Shown piece by piece: positions 11,700 to 26,245 of a DNA stretch of 33,610 nucleotides (position 1 is its first letter; every line of letters begins with the position of its first letter). A program made the translations under genes and the position numbers. Origin of the DNA: Octopus sinensis. Lineage: Eukaryota. The stretch spans positions 1 to 33,610 of the forward strand of contig NW_021829654.1 of the NCBI RefSeq assembly GCF_006345805.1, given 5' to 3'. The notes under the pieces are model-generated. The model searched no databases. It was given only the letters and a program-made list of their open reading frames with translations, and was not told the DNA's origin.

Positions 11700-13335
11700 T
11701 CGGCAAGCATCAAACCAAATACTTTCCAATATTCTCTTAAGAACAGTTAACTGCATATAAGGCTGTAGAGACTTAAGTACCTTTTGTAGTATTTAATGAC
11801 CATTCTATCTCATGTCATCACACGTGGAATGGCATGGACTTAACAATGGTGCATCATCCATAGCTTGTTTGCAAGGAGGGCATACTTCCTCCTTTTCTCC
11901 ACTTTCACTATCTGCAAACGATATAGGAATGTGATGGCCACCTCCGCGATAACGATCTCCCAAGGTGACCTTATTTTAAACCATAATATCGGGTTTGTTG
12001 TGTTGGACAACAGTCAAAACAATGTTGATAACGACGATAGGTCAATGTGCGGGTTTTCCAAACTGCTAAAAAGAGTCTTGTGAGGGACTTTTATTTTGAT
12101 TAGGGACTCTCTCTAAAGTTTAATCAACTTTTTCACATTGACATGGGTAGTTCCCAGACCATAATATGGTCCCAAGGTGTGTACCACGCATTTTTTCAAC
12201 AGCAAGGATGGCAACCTTCCTTTGGGATACATTTGACTCACTACATAAGGTGTCGTGCATCTTAGTAAGAATTCGCTCACCTAAGTAGACGATGTTATTC
12301 ACTCTACGCCGACACGCGGATTTGATTTTCTTGGAGTACTCTTTGGACAATTAAGTCCATTTCATCGTACTTACTTTGCTCGAATTGATCAGGCCTACGT
12401 AGTACTTTAGCAATGATATCGCGTACTCGTTCAAGACATGGAATAAGTTCCGTGCCTTGAAGCGAATGTTGCATAACATTTCTGCCCTACTACGTCACCC
12501 TCCACTACACACTTCCTCGTTTTAGGTGTGATTAATAAGGCTAGACTTTCAACCACGCCAAGATACTTTTACCTTTGGTGTCTCTCCAAAATGTTGACTA
12601 AGTTATCACACAGAAGGGTGTTAGGGGTATTTCTGGGGGGGTCTCGCGAAGCATTTGTTAACTAGTGCCTGCTCCTTAGCTCCCTAACAATCCCTTCGAA
12701 TACCTAGCTAATTCTCTGACAGAATTCTATCTACCTCAACGAAATTTCTGACCTCAGTAGCCACCACCCTAGTCATCAACTTGTACAGGTTGGGCATACG
12801 GAATGGTTATCTACTTTAGGAATCAAACAAATGACCCCAGTACAAAACCACTCTGGAATCGAGCCAGAGTTAAGTGTAAGTTGTTCGATTGCTCGACACA
12901 TGCAATCACAAATTGGTTTGCTATTTTTTATAAAGAAATTATACACTTTATTGACCTCAGGTATTTTCCAGTCAGAGAAACATGTTACTGCCTTATCGAA
13001 CTTCTTGCGGATGCTAGAGACATCACAAGACTCGGTCATCAAGATAGCGTCAGATCCACAAAACGTGAAAGACACACCCTCACGAGAACGTGTTTTTCAC
13101 ATACTCCCCTCTCTGTCCGGACACGTCTCAACTTGTTGAGGTCCCATTTGGCAGCTCATTCTCGACGGAGAACAGTATGCACCAAGGGAGACGTCTTGTC
13201 CTTGACCCCATTGCTCATATTATGAATGTGCCCAGTCAGCAAGCCCGACATATTTGTTCACGACAAATCGAGGAATATAATTGCACTTTTCGATTCACAA
13301 AATTGTATCAACCAGGTCTAAATAAATATTTCTAC
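11700..13335 (-). mobile_element. Degenerate RLE-type non-LTR retrotransposon (R4/Dong-like)
   Basis: WKIPEVNKVYNFFIK...IPEWFCTGVICLIPK (RT N-terminus), HNKPDIMV (restriction-like endonuclease PD motif), KVEKRRKY.LLANKL and LKRILESI. Many stops and deletions. Confidence 0.75.
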
Positions 13336-13399
13336 AGCTTGTTGGCAAATAAACTGGGAGCGATCCATCTGGCGAAAATGAAGATCGTCCCTGTTGTTA

Positions 13400-14792
<1,393 letters not shown>

Positions 14793-14942
14793 CACTATAG
14801 AGTTGATTTTATAATGTCTCGGTCATCTTCAAAAATATAATAATTAAGTATTTTCAATACGTGTCAATTTTTAAAAAGGAAAATACATAATTGGGATTTT
14901 GAGAAAATGTTAGAACTAAATATTTTGTTTAGATTTATTTAG

Positions 14943-16588
14943 TTAAATTTCTTCTTTAGCACTTTCGTTTTCATGGATAACCAGTAAATTTTTTTCTATT
15001 TTATGTTTATCTGATTCGCTCATAAAATCATTGCATAGCTTTTGGTTCTAAATTTCAAGATAAGGATCTTTTATAAAACCATAAGGCATTCTAAAATTTT
15101 AATTTTATCTCGATTTTCTAAATTCAAATCCTCTACAACCGACCATCCTCCATGTTGTGAAAAAACAACAGGAAAATTATAAAAGATTCCATTCGGAATT
15201 CCATACCAATCTAAATAAAAATATTCTTCTAAACACCTTGAGATAAAATTCCTAATGAATATATTTTTCCGTCTCCACAACAAATCCATTGTTCCAAAAT
15301 TCCTATCACTTTATTGACATGAGCTATTAGGTTCTTATTTGAAACTATTTCCATTTTTCTCAAAACAGATTCAATCCACTTTTAAAATAAATTTTTAATG
15401 TGATACTTTTTGATCATCTAAAATTTCTTTCAAAGGACGATAATAATCATTTGAAGATTTTTGAATGGCGCCATTTGAGTTAAGTACTTTAACGAACTCG
15501 TAAGAAATGTGAAATAAATTGTTGGTATTTCCCCAAACCACAAGATCAACAACATCGGATACATTAACACATACTTTGTCGGAAATATATTTTTTCACCT
15601 AATTATTTTAATAAATTAAAAATATAGTTCACAGTTAAATCTATATTTCCTGTTATTGTAACCACGTTACAATTAGGAAATATACTTTTGTTCTCAGAAT
15701 AAAATTCTTGGGCCAAATAATTCATATCTCCAGAAAATCCACAAAATACGTATTTTGTAGAAATTTTACATTTATTTTTACAGCATTCAGAATAATATTT
15801 AACCAATGATACGTCGTTTTGTTTATAATTTTTAATAAACAAAACCAAATCACTTCCAATCAACGAATTTGGAAGTATCGAGAAAAAGTTGACACTTCGC
15901 AAACAATGAAATCCCACATCTTGAATACTCTTGAGTTCATCGTATATTTCTTCTTGAAATTCTTCCATATATATATTTAATTGAATATCTTTATCAAGAC
16001 AGAGTTTTGAGTTTAATAATTCTGTTATAAAAAACATCCCTCCTTCTACGTTTGCATCTACAATTGTTATTATTTTTGGACATATTTTTGCCTTTTCAAT
16101 TTCTTCCTAATTTTCATAAGTTAAAAAATAACTTTTTTATCAGTTTTTATTTTCCAAAGATAATTTTCTTTTGAAATTAATTTTAACATCGATGTTGGGA
16201 TTTGGCAAACAACATTATAATATTCAAAGGCATATTCTTGAAATTCATTTACTCTAAAAAATTCTTTAAAATAAAATCATTACCCGCCGATTATAAGTGC
16301 CTTGCCACCAGCATTCACAAGTTCTCTCCATATAAGCGGTGAACGTTTGTGGTTCCAATTATTTGTGCTACATACGTTTGAAAGCCATTCCTATGAAATT
16401 ATATTGCAATTGATAAAATTTACATCCCATTCTTTTTGCAATTTTTGGTATTTTGTGACGCGAAAATCGTTCAAATTTTTTTGTAAATAATCACATATAT
16501 TTTCAGCAATTGCATAGAATGGACAATCAGCTATACCTTATGAGATTTTAATATTTTTACATCAACCTGATATAACAATCTTTGCCAT
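14943..16588 (-). CDS. MDH1B: Malate dehydrogenase 1B-like protein, at least 9 exons, frame intact
   Basis: The spliced N-terminus MAKIVISGIADCPFYAIAE...YLQKNLNDFRVTK...WLSNVCSTNNWNHKRSPLIWRELVNAGGKALIIGGVNEFQEYA closely matches the MDH1B N-terminal domain. The C-terminal MDH fold contains VVWGN and SLGILSQDWYGIPNGIFYNFPV. Eight introns of 26-34 nt; TAA at 14943-14945. Confidence 0.93.
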
Positions 16589-17559
16589 TGCTACTAGTGA
16601 TACGATATTTTATTATACAAATAATTTTATATATAATTTTATTTTATATATTCCATTTAAAAAACAACAAAGATAATTCTACCTTGCTAATACTTTTATG
16701 ATTGTTAAATAAGAATTTTACAGATTTCATATAACAGTTAACTTATATTTTCATTTTTAAATTTTTTAATTAGGTTAACGTTTTGCGCTGATAACTTATT
16801 TTTTCTAAATGATAGCCATACAAATACAGCTTAAATTAAATAGTACTAAACACTTTTAAAACAGTTAAAATATTGAAAATTTTGTAGTTTTTAACTTATT
16901 ATTCACCAAAAAAATTATTAGATTATTTTTAAGCTTTATAATAAAAACAAATTTGTTTAGATAACTATAAACAATTTTATTTAAACTCAGGTTAGCTTAA
17001 TTTATATCATAAGGATTCAATAATTTAATCAAATAATTGGATATAAAATTAAATCTCAATTTTGGTTGATTCCAAAATATTATATTATTAAATCTGGAAA
17101 CTAAATATCAAAAAAAACAACTAAGAAATTTCAAAATATTTTTTGCAAATATTTTTTTGTACAGATGCGTATATTTGGTTTCTCACTATAAATAACTATC
17201 GAATAAAATCGTACATGGGAACCTGAGATTTGAAGGTGGAAAAATTACTTTCTGGAAATAACTACTACGAAAAGCATCAGAATGTGAAATTGAGGTTTTA
17301 AATTTGAAAATTTTTTTAATTAAAGTGGAAAATACAAAGGTATAAATAAAAAGTTGTTTTCTCTATAATTTATGACATAAAATATCTGAATTTATAAAAT
17401 TGATACCCTCAAAAAAAGAAATTGATTGGTTTTTCCCCCAATTATTTAGAGTGTTTAATTAAATCCAAATCATATCATATAGTAAGAACCTTCAAATATT
17501 GGCATCATTGTCTTGTCTTGAAATTTATTAAAAAATAATACTTTAGCTCTGACTTTTAT

Positions 17560-17750
17560 AGAATCTTTATCATATTTCCATCTTCTTCTTTCTATCATTT
17601 CACCGTTTTATGCTATGATTGAGCATTACAAAATTAAAACCATCAGGCAACCTCTTACCTGACCTTGTATCCAGGGCGCTCGTGCCATACCACGCACATT
17701 CTTGATTGAATATTTTTCAAACACTTCGTCAATTAATGGATTGCAGAATT
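17560..17750 (-). mobile_element. Short integrase-like relic
   Basis: EVFEKYSIKNVRGMARAPWIQGQV resembles the integrase xxGxPxxPxxQGxVER segment. Confidence 0.4.
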
Positions 17751-17849
17751 CATTCCCATTTTCTGGTTAGAGGATGATTAGCGGTCCGATGTAATAAAAA
17801 AACATTTTAGAATAGATTGGCTATTTATACCGCAGATTTTGATTTTGTT

Positions 17850-18724
17850 AATTTGAAAGCCATTGCTTTCTCAAAAAATATTATTTCGAGATGGTCTGCG
17901 TCACTACGATTTTTATCGATATCTGATAGTACATGGAAATCGGTGATATTCTAGATGAGTCAATGTTCGATGTTTTTAACAACAGAAAACATCAGGTTGT
18001 TTACAGAAAAAATAAAACGGAGTTAAAAATGCACATTTGCTGCCGACTGTTAAGTTCGGAGTAGGGAGAGTTTTGATTTGGGGCTGTATATCGTATAGTG
18101 GTGTAGGCAATTTGGTTTTTATCGAAGAAACTATGAACTCTGGATATTATATAAATTTACTGTCTAATAATCTGGACCAATCAGCTGAAAAAATGGGCTT
18201 ATCCTCGTTTATTTTTCAACAGGATAATGCTCCATGCCATACATCTCGTATGATTAAGGCATATTTCGAAACCAAAAAATATATTATTCTTGATTGGCCA
18301 TTGCAATCACCGGATCTTAATCCAATAGAGCATGTATGGTGCTTTATGAAAAGAGAATTAGCTAAAAATCCCCCGAAAAGTAAAGAGGATCTAAAGACAA
18401 ATATTATGAAAATTTGGCAGTCAATTCCTAAAATTTTTTTACAAAACTTAGTAAATTCAATGAGAAAAAGGAGTTATTCTTTATATTTAGCAAGGGGAGG
18501 ACATATTAATTACTGATAATGAGATTTCCAAATTTGTGCTAATGTTTTTTGTCTTGCAATTTTTTGTTTTTGTTTAAGTTTGTAAATAAAAAAGAAAAAT
18601 TTTATTATAAAAATTAAGGTATAATAATAAAATACTACTTAAAGATGTTTACAAAAAAAATAAATCAGAATAATGCTATATAAAGACATAAACATTGGTG
18701 AGCAATTTTTTTTGACGACCACTG
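17850..18724 (+). mobile_element. Tc1 (DD34E) transposon, 5'-truncated
   Basis: KPLLS, WKSVIF*DES, PTVKFG, WGCIS, FQQDNAPCHTS, WPLQSPDLNPIEHVW, RGGHINY. The 3' end GGTGAGCAATTTTTTTTGACGACCACTG is followed by TA at 18725-18726. Confidence 0.9.
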
Positions 18725-20772
18725 TACATATTGAAAAGGAATTAACAATTAAAAAATTTTTATATTAATAATCATTTCTATTTTTAATAAAAAAATACAT
18801 TTTCATTTTCAAAGCATATGTTTTTCGCGATCTGCTTTAACCTAAATTATTGTTTTCTGTTGGGATTGTCGTCTAATGTGTTTTCTGCTTGGTTTTCTGT
18901 GATCCTTTAGATTTTTCAAGAATTTCTTTGCTGAGTTTTACAATGCTAACTCTTTTTTATAAATTAAAAAGTATAGTATTTCTCTAAAATATTTAACTAA
19001 TTGTTAATTTTTTAATATTTTTAAGCCAAGTATCCATTTAACCGACTATGACAAATCATTACGAACGAAAAAAACCACTGTCAATCCAGTGAAACTCTTT
19101 TATTCCAAGCAGGTCAATGTGACAAAATATAGATTGTTTAATTGGGTCAATTAATATGAATCGATTAACTTCAAAAGGTTAACAATGGATCGATTAATTC
19201 AAAAGTTAAAATTCTTAAAGGAAATAACAGAAAATTTACCAACAAGTAAAAACTCGAGATTAAATTCTTTAAATGAAATTTTGCTTTAATTTAACAAAAC
19301 GTTAATTTTTTTGTTAATATCAAAAAACCTTTTTATCTGGAGAAACCCCTGTTGTTTGATCTGCGATCATACTACTAGAAAAATCATTAGCGCGGAGATA
19401 GTTATCAAATACATAGATCGTTTTCTATATCATTTTAAAGTTGGGACCATGAGTTCGTACAATCTTTTTACAAACTAACTAGAATTCATGCACCAGCAGC
19501 GAGAGAAAATAAGTTCCTTTAAGCTTATACGAATTCAACTGTACTTTAGATGAATCTGACGGTTAGCTATTTAATTCTCTTTGATCTAGTTTTTTTGATA
19601 TTTAGTCTTAGGTGAGGTTCTCTGCACTTTGATATCCCAAGGTCGTGAATTATTCGTCAATTAATTTATTTCATACAGATTATTATTATAGGCAACTACC
19701 GTAGAAACATAGTAGTTATATTTCCACACGTGCGGCCACATAAGATCAAGACAGAGAGAGAACATGTTATTAAGAAACTAGCTAATCCAAACGAGGTGTA
19801 TCTGTCTCTGCTCCATCTGTTTTTCTTTTTAGCTGTGGCTGGGATAGACATCCGGTTCCGCAGTGGTGTATCACTGTTGACGGCGTCACTCGTCAATCCG
19901 GGGTGCATGTAATATGCTTGGAACCTTCGGTCGGGATGGTGCAGTCCTTGAAAAATTTGGTAGTTTTCCCAAGCTCCTGGGTTCATACAGATAATATATT
20001 AATATTTTTAATTTAACTAAAGTTAGTTTTTTAAAGCATTTAATTGATATAATTTTTAACAATTTTTTGCCGACTTCGAGATAAGAATAGTGAAACATGT
20101 TAGGGCTTGAAATATTTTTCACAGTTCGAATTTTTACTGTCCATTAATTTTTAATATAAGCTTTCAAGTAAGAATTAATTTTTCCGCAGAGCTTTAAAAT
20201 AATTTATTCTAGAGCTGTTTTTATTCTATTGACTGAGACTATATAATATGCGTTAATCCCTAAAAATTATTAGTAAACTACATCTTTGATTTTAAAAAAT
20301 AAATTGATTTTTTTCAATATGACATTTTATAAAGATTACATGCTGACAATCGAAATTTTTTTTAATTGATAGAAATTAATAACCAGCAAACGATATCTAA
20401 AACAATAAAATTTAGAACAAATGGTTTTAACTTTAAACACTTAACATGAACTTTAGTAATTTCATAAACAACGTCGACAAAAGAATTTTAAACATATTTT
20501 TCAGATATTTAAAAATATATCAAAAAATGTTTTAAATAGATAACAATAATTATAAATCAAAATACTTTATTGAATGACTCGGTAACTGATTGATCATGGT
20601 TGAATGAATAAATACAATAATTTAATATAAATTTGATTTTAACGAAAATATTTAGTACTTGATCAATTAACTCGTCTGATTAATTGTTAACTAAAAAAGT
20701 TAGTATAGTATGCAACTTTCATTTCTATAATACTTTAATCTTTTATTTCTAATATGCATTTTATAGGAAAAA

Positions 20773-22567
20773 ATGAAATACCTCATTTTAAAAATTATAA
20801 CCATTTCTCAAATTATTTTTAAATCTTCTCAAGGTATATAAATATGATTTTTGATTTTAACATACCTCTTTATTTTTTTAGAATGTCAGTTACCTAGTAT
20901 CAATAATTTCACACTCGGTCCTGTTTTGCTTAGAAAAGAAGCCAAAATTTGCTGTAAATGTAAGAATTGTTATAAAGATGAAAAAAGGTTGACATTTCTA
21001 GTTAATGACAAATATTTAGTATAATTTGGACAAAAGATGGAATTCCAATAGAGAGCTCTTTAAAAATATTGGATTCAATTCAGTTCGAAAATTCAAAACA
21101 AACATTAATCTTTAAAAATAAAAATTATAATTTAGCCGGGAACTACAAATGCTATGTTAGAAATAAATGTGGTACAACAACAATACCTTCAGTTAATGTA
21201 TTTCACCCAGGTTATTCATTTATAAAAACATATAATGAAAATCCTGATTTGATTAATTATTTAATTTTAATATTGATTATTAATCAAAAATATACTAGAA
21301 ATGAATAATAAAATTCTGAATAATAAAATTATACATAAAAACGAAGGAGAATCGTATACAATTCAATGTAATCAAAGTTTTTTTAAAAATATTCCTACAT
21401 TTGCCAAATATAAAGTTGAAAAAATGGATAAGGGTTTGGATACCACACGAAAAGTTTATGTGGATGGTTAGAAAATTGTTGCTAGCAATAATAAACTTAG
21501 GAAAGTTAATATTTGCATTTTTGATATCAGACGATACTGGTTTTTATCGTTGCTTGGCATCAATTAACGATACAATAACAGGTGTAACTTTTGAAACTGA
21601 ATTTTTTGCACTTTATGTGAAGAAAAAAGGCAACTAATTTGGAATGTAATCTTTTTTTAGTTACATTGCTTTTTTTCCCTCCAAAGATTATTTATCCTCC
21701 TTACGATTACTACGTTGTAAATTCAAATTCATTAATCAATAATTCCGTTTGTGCTTTTTATGGAAAGTAAAATTTTATTTAAGATTAACAAAATAGTCCG
21801 ATTCCGAAAGTTATATATCATGACATTAATAATAATAACATAAGATCATCTTCTATGTCCCACGATAATTTATATTTTTGCTATGGAATAAATTTAATTG
21901 GAACCAGTGTACTGCGTAAATTTAGAATAGTAGATAATGGTAGTTTAAAAATAATTTATATAATCATGCTAGTTCCGAATGGAAAGATTGTTCCTTTTTT
22001 AAAAAAAGTAACAGATGGAGATGTGGTCAGCTTCAGTTTTCATAAAATTGCCGGAGATGACAAAATGACATTTTTTTGGTTTCTTGGAGAATCTATGACC
22101 GAACTAAAAAACAACAACAGTCTCAAAATTATTTTTCAAATGATTTAGAATCCATTCTTCCAAATAAATACAACGAAACAGTTCAAATTCGGTTCAGTAT
22201 TGTAAACGGCCCATATAAATTAACTTCTATAACAAGGAATAAATACGGAGCACATATTACTAGTTTGAGTTTTTTAATCCTCCCAAAAGGCAATTTTTTA
22301 GTTTTCAACATATTAGATAATAATTCTAACAGTGGATCATCCCTGAAAAACTCAGTCAAAACACTTAAAATAGGAATTGTTATATCTTTTTTACTAGTTT
22401 TTGGACTAGTGATAGTAATTTCTTTTTTTATGAAAAAACTTAATAAACAAGGTTTTGGTATTTTTATTTTAATATTTTTAGAATTCAGAAAATTTAATAA
22501 AAGTATTCTAAATAAAGAGAAATTTAAGGAGTTCACAGAGTTAGAATACAGTGATTTTATCCTTTAG
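20773..22567 (+). CDS. Type I membrane protein with signal peptide, about four divergent Ig-like domains, one TM and a short tail; 3' end uncertain
   Basis: Signal exon MKYLILKIITISQIIFKSSQ; Ig motifs C...IIWTKDG...GNYKCYVRNKCG, DDTGFYRCLA, PPKIIYPP...CAFYGNPIPKV; TM IGIVISFLLVFGLVIVISFFM followed by KK. About ten introns, mostly 27-34 nt, with phase-1 introns at domain boundaries. Confidence 0.8.
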
Positions 22568-23146
22568 CCTCAAAAAAGCTAAAATCATCTCCCGGATAAA
22601 TTCGAATTTTCGATTTCCAGATGAGAACAATCAAGCTACTATAATTTTCATATAATAAATTAACTTGTTATATGTAGTAAAAAATACAATCTTTTGTTCA
22701 ATGTTGGTTAAATAGTCAAAAGCTAGGACTAGGGTTTAAGTTTTGTCGTTATTTACAGAAGTCTAAAGCGATTTTTCACTTCTAATGAGGAATTTAATTA
22801 CTAAGAAATATAAGTTTATTTGAAGTTCTATATGACAGGTATTGCATGAAAACAGAAACAGCGTTAAGATAATGTACGAAACATTTACGAGTCGGCTGTT
22901 AAAATAGAAATCCACAATCCAAAAAATCGCTACAAGTTAAGCTATTTTGATTAAAAAAGAGTTACGAAAAAATCTTAGTAAAATATGTTGAACATGACAA
23001 ATTGGCTTAGATATTGTCTTTAAAATAATTGAAAAATAATGATTTGTGATTGAAAAAAATAGTAATTTGGAAATAAATAAACTGTAAACTGTAATTATTC
23101 CGGAATATATTAAGATTTTAAAATCGTAAATGTTCTTATCATTATT

Positions 23147-24240
23147 TAGTCAAACCTCTCTAAACCGATTCCTTGGCATATTGGAATTTCCTTAAAACCA
23201 AACCAATGTTCTATCCCCGATTGATTCTATAGACCATAACTGCTATTTCATCTTCGATATACTGGATCTCCTCTACTTCGAATAACGGCCGTATTTTGTG
23301 GTTCCAACTTCATTTTTCTTTTATAATTCTACATCAATCTTTGATCAAATCCTATTAATCGTCTTTAATCCTGAATTGCGAATAACTAAAAAATTCAAAT
23401 AATAAATGAATCTAACCAGACACCTAAGCCGACATAAAAATTTTTTGGAAGAAGTATGAAATTGGATTCACCATTGTATCAAACAAACTTAAAAAGACTG
23501 ATATTTATCTGGAATTATACAATCACAACGCAAATTATGTTAAAAAGGTTTTGCCAACCGAAAATTTGAATAAAAACACTGGGGAATGCTTTCAGATAGC
23601 ATGTTTCAAAAACTTTTGTCAATATCAATTATAAAAAAATTTCTTCTTTGGATGCTATCCGAATGATTAACACTGCATGAGTGGACGTGAAATCAAACAG
23701 AATCTCTCTTTGCTTTAAGAAGTTTGGTATTCCGATCAAAATATATGATATAAACGACAGTCCTAGAACAATTTACTGTCCATACCCCTCACGTATAAAC
23801 TAGTCGACAACAGAAGAAAAATTTGTCAACTTAGACTTTGAACTTACCCACTGAAAATCCCAAAGATTGGAAATCATCCATAATTACGCATTGCCAAACA
23901 GTATCAGCTTCTGAAGATAATCAAAGTGACTTAAATTCTGATAAGCAAACAGAGCCAAAACATACAGAGAAATTAGCACGGAAAAATGTTCAACAAAAAC
24001 TAGAAAAAATGTGCCATTTTTCCTTTACTCAAAAATTTGCATTACTTACTCTCGACAACCAACTGATCTATCTGAACAATAAAGCGATTCCTGGATCGAT
24101 GCTAAATACGAGGCAATCCTTACTGACATATCTCTATTAATTTTACTTTTTCGTTATAAGTAATTTTAATTACTTGTTGAATATATCGACCTCCCTTCTA
24201 TACCGGACAATTCTGTCGGTCCCGAGAGGAGGTTTGACTG
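23147..24240 (+). mobile_element. Internally deleted pogo/Tigger-type DNA transposon
   Basis: Ends (T)AGTCAAACCTC at 23147 and GAGGTTTGACTG+TA at 24240-24242. Relic DDE_1 C-terminal pieces GIIQS, LDAIRMINTA*VDV...CFKKFG and terminal RQSLLTYL. Confidence 0.8.
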
Positions 24241-24641
24241 TAATTGAAAACTCCTCGCTTATCATATTGATCTCAGTTTTCCACAAAAATATCATAATAC
24301 TACCATGAGACGTACAGTTACAATCTTTAAACAAATACAGAATTACAAATTATCATTAAGATTTGAAATAATTTTTGATAAATCACAATGCTTTTTACTC
24401 TTTAAAAATTAGTGGTTAATAAGATTTCTTTTAAACAATGAATATTATAAAAGTTAGTGCTTTAATCTTATCTAAAATCTTTAAAAAATAAATAGGATGA
24501 AACCGCCGAAATTTCCCTTAATATCGATTCAAAAAATGAGGTATTTACATAATTTATGAATTCGAAAAAAATAGTTAAAAATAAATTAATAATTGGCCTC
24601 AAAAATTAAAAATATAAATAATTAAGCAGTTTTATCCAAAA

Positions 24642-26245
24642 CTAAATCAGATTAGAGGAATATTCATCTGCGATTATGGATTCAATACCAAATTCAATTT
24701 TTGGCTTGGTTTTAATATTTTCCTTCGTTTCGTTGAGAATAAATTCTTTATTACTTATTATTTGAGGAACAACGAAGGTAGAACAAATATTATTTCGTTC
24801 ATTTGAATCAGGTTCATAGGAATCTGAAATACTCATTCTTTCGCAATTTGCGGTTTTTTTCGGCTAGACAAAATTAATTATTGATTAGTAAACCTGACTA
24901 TGGTTTTGACAAGAAAAAATACTCGAAAGCGGACCACTTGTAAGTTTAGAGAATGTTTCCCAGTGATTGTCAGAGCTCGATATTTTTCTTTTAACACATG
25001 GATTGTCTTCCGCTATCTCATAATCTTTAAATGTTGTATCATTATTTAAATTTTTAGAATAAATAGAATTTAGTGCAGATTGATTGATCTTTTTAGATAC
25101 TTTTTCTCTAAGTTCTGCGAGATTTGGAAATTTTATGTTTGCAGAAGGATATATTGTTTCTTTATTATTAACATAAATTTCCACACCAAGACAAAGTATC
25201 GATCCCTTAAATACAATCAATTATTTTTAATAATACAACTTTTTCTAATCCAACGGACTTGATGACATCAATTAGTCTTGCAGTTGTTTTTAATTTATTG
25301 TCATAAAAAGTGATTCTCACCTGTAAATATTGATTTTCATTTATGACTCACTTTAGAACAATTTGTAACAAAATATTTTAAACGGACATGTTTCTTAATC
25401 GCACCGATTAACATATTAGAATTACATTCAAGATAATTATTGATAGACTACAAATAAATTACAGATTTATGAACTTTCAAGGGCAAATCAGGCACTGCGG
25501 TGGCCGGTAAGCTAACAGAAATAAACCTTTCTTATATATTACTTTTTTAAGATGTAATTTACTATTATCGTTTGTGGAATCTTTTCTATTGACTCAAAGT
25601 AAGTTCGATTACTTTCGTTTTTGTGCCTTCGCACTAAGAAATAAAATCATAAATAAACTTTTTGGCGTAAAAAGTTTTCCATCATAATCTAATACAGTTT
25701 TTTAAAAATAATACCTGCTTGAATAATTTGAATAATTGTCTGAATTTTCGAATCTTCTCTATTAATGTTAATTTCACCACTGACTTAATCATATTTTCGG
25801 GGCATGAGTTTTCAATTAGAACACCACATATCGGACAATTCCTAGACTTTTGAAAATGTTCCCAAATACAGTTTTCACAAACTAAAAGTAAGAAATGAGA
25901 TTAAAAATGATAATTTTATTTTTCCTAAGTAGCTAAAAATGAGTTATCGAATAATAATGTCAGTTCAAAAAACATCAATAAATATTAATCATTGCGGTTA
26001 GGATAACCGACTGTTAAACTACCTGCTTCATAAATTAATGTGTCTAAAACATTATCCAGGAGTATAACAATCACTAATTTAGATGTACTATTATAATTAA
26101 TTTAAGTAGTTGGTAAAGAAAAAGTTCACTACTTACATGAATGGTTGCAGTCTGAAGCAGTATATGGATTTTCCATAATATTATTGCAGATAGAACATAT
26201 AATAAGCTTTTCTACGCTTTCAAATAAATTGCAGCTTCCGTGCAT
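24642..26245 (-). CDS. PCGF: Polycomb group RING finger protein (PCGF/BMI1/Psc-like): RING, RAWUL and a C-terminal extension; about 10 exons
   Basis: C3HC4 RING CSICNNIMENPYTASDCNHSFCENC...CPIC followed by EDSKIQTII. RAWUL NYLECNSNMLIGAIKKHVRLKY...VRITFYDNKLKTTARLIDV. One intron of about 255 nt, the rest about 25-34 nt; frame continuous. Confidence 0.87.

Noticed and set aside
17200-17340. KIVHGNL segment resembling a pseudokinase catalytic loop
   Set aside because: Flanked by in-frame stops with no other kinase subdomain nearby.
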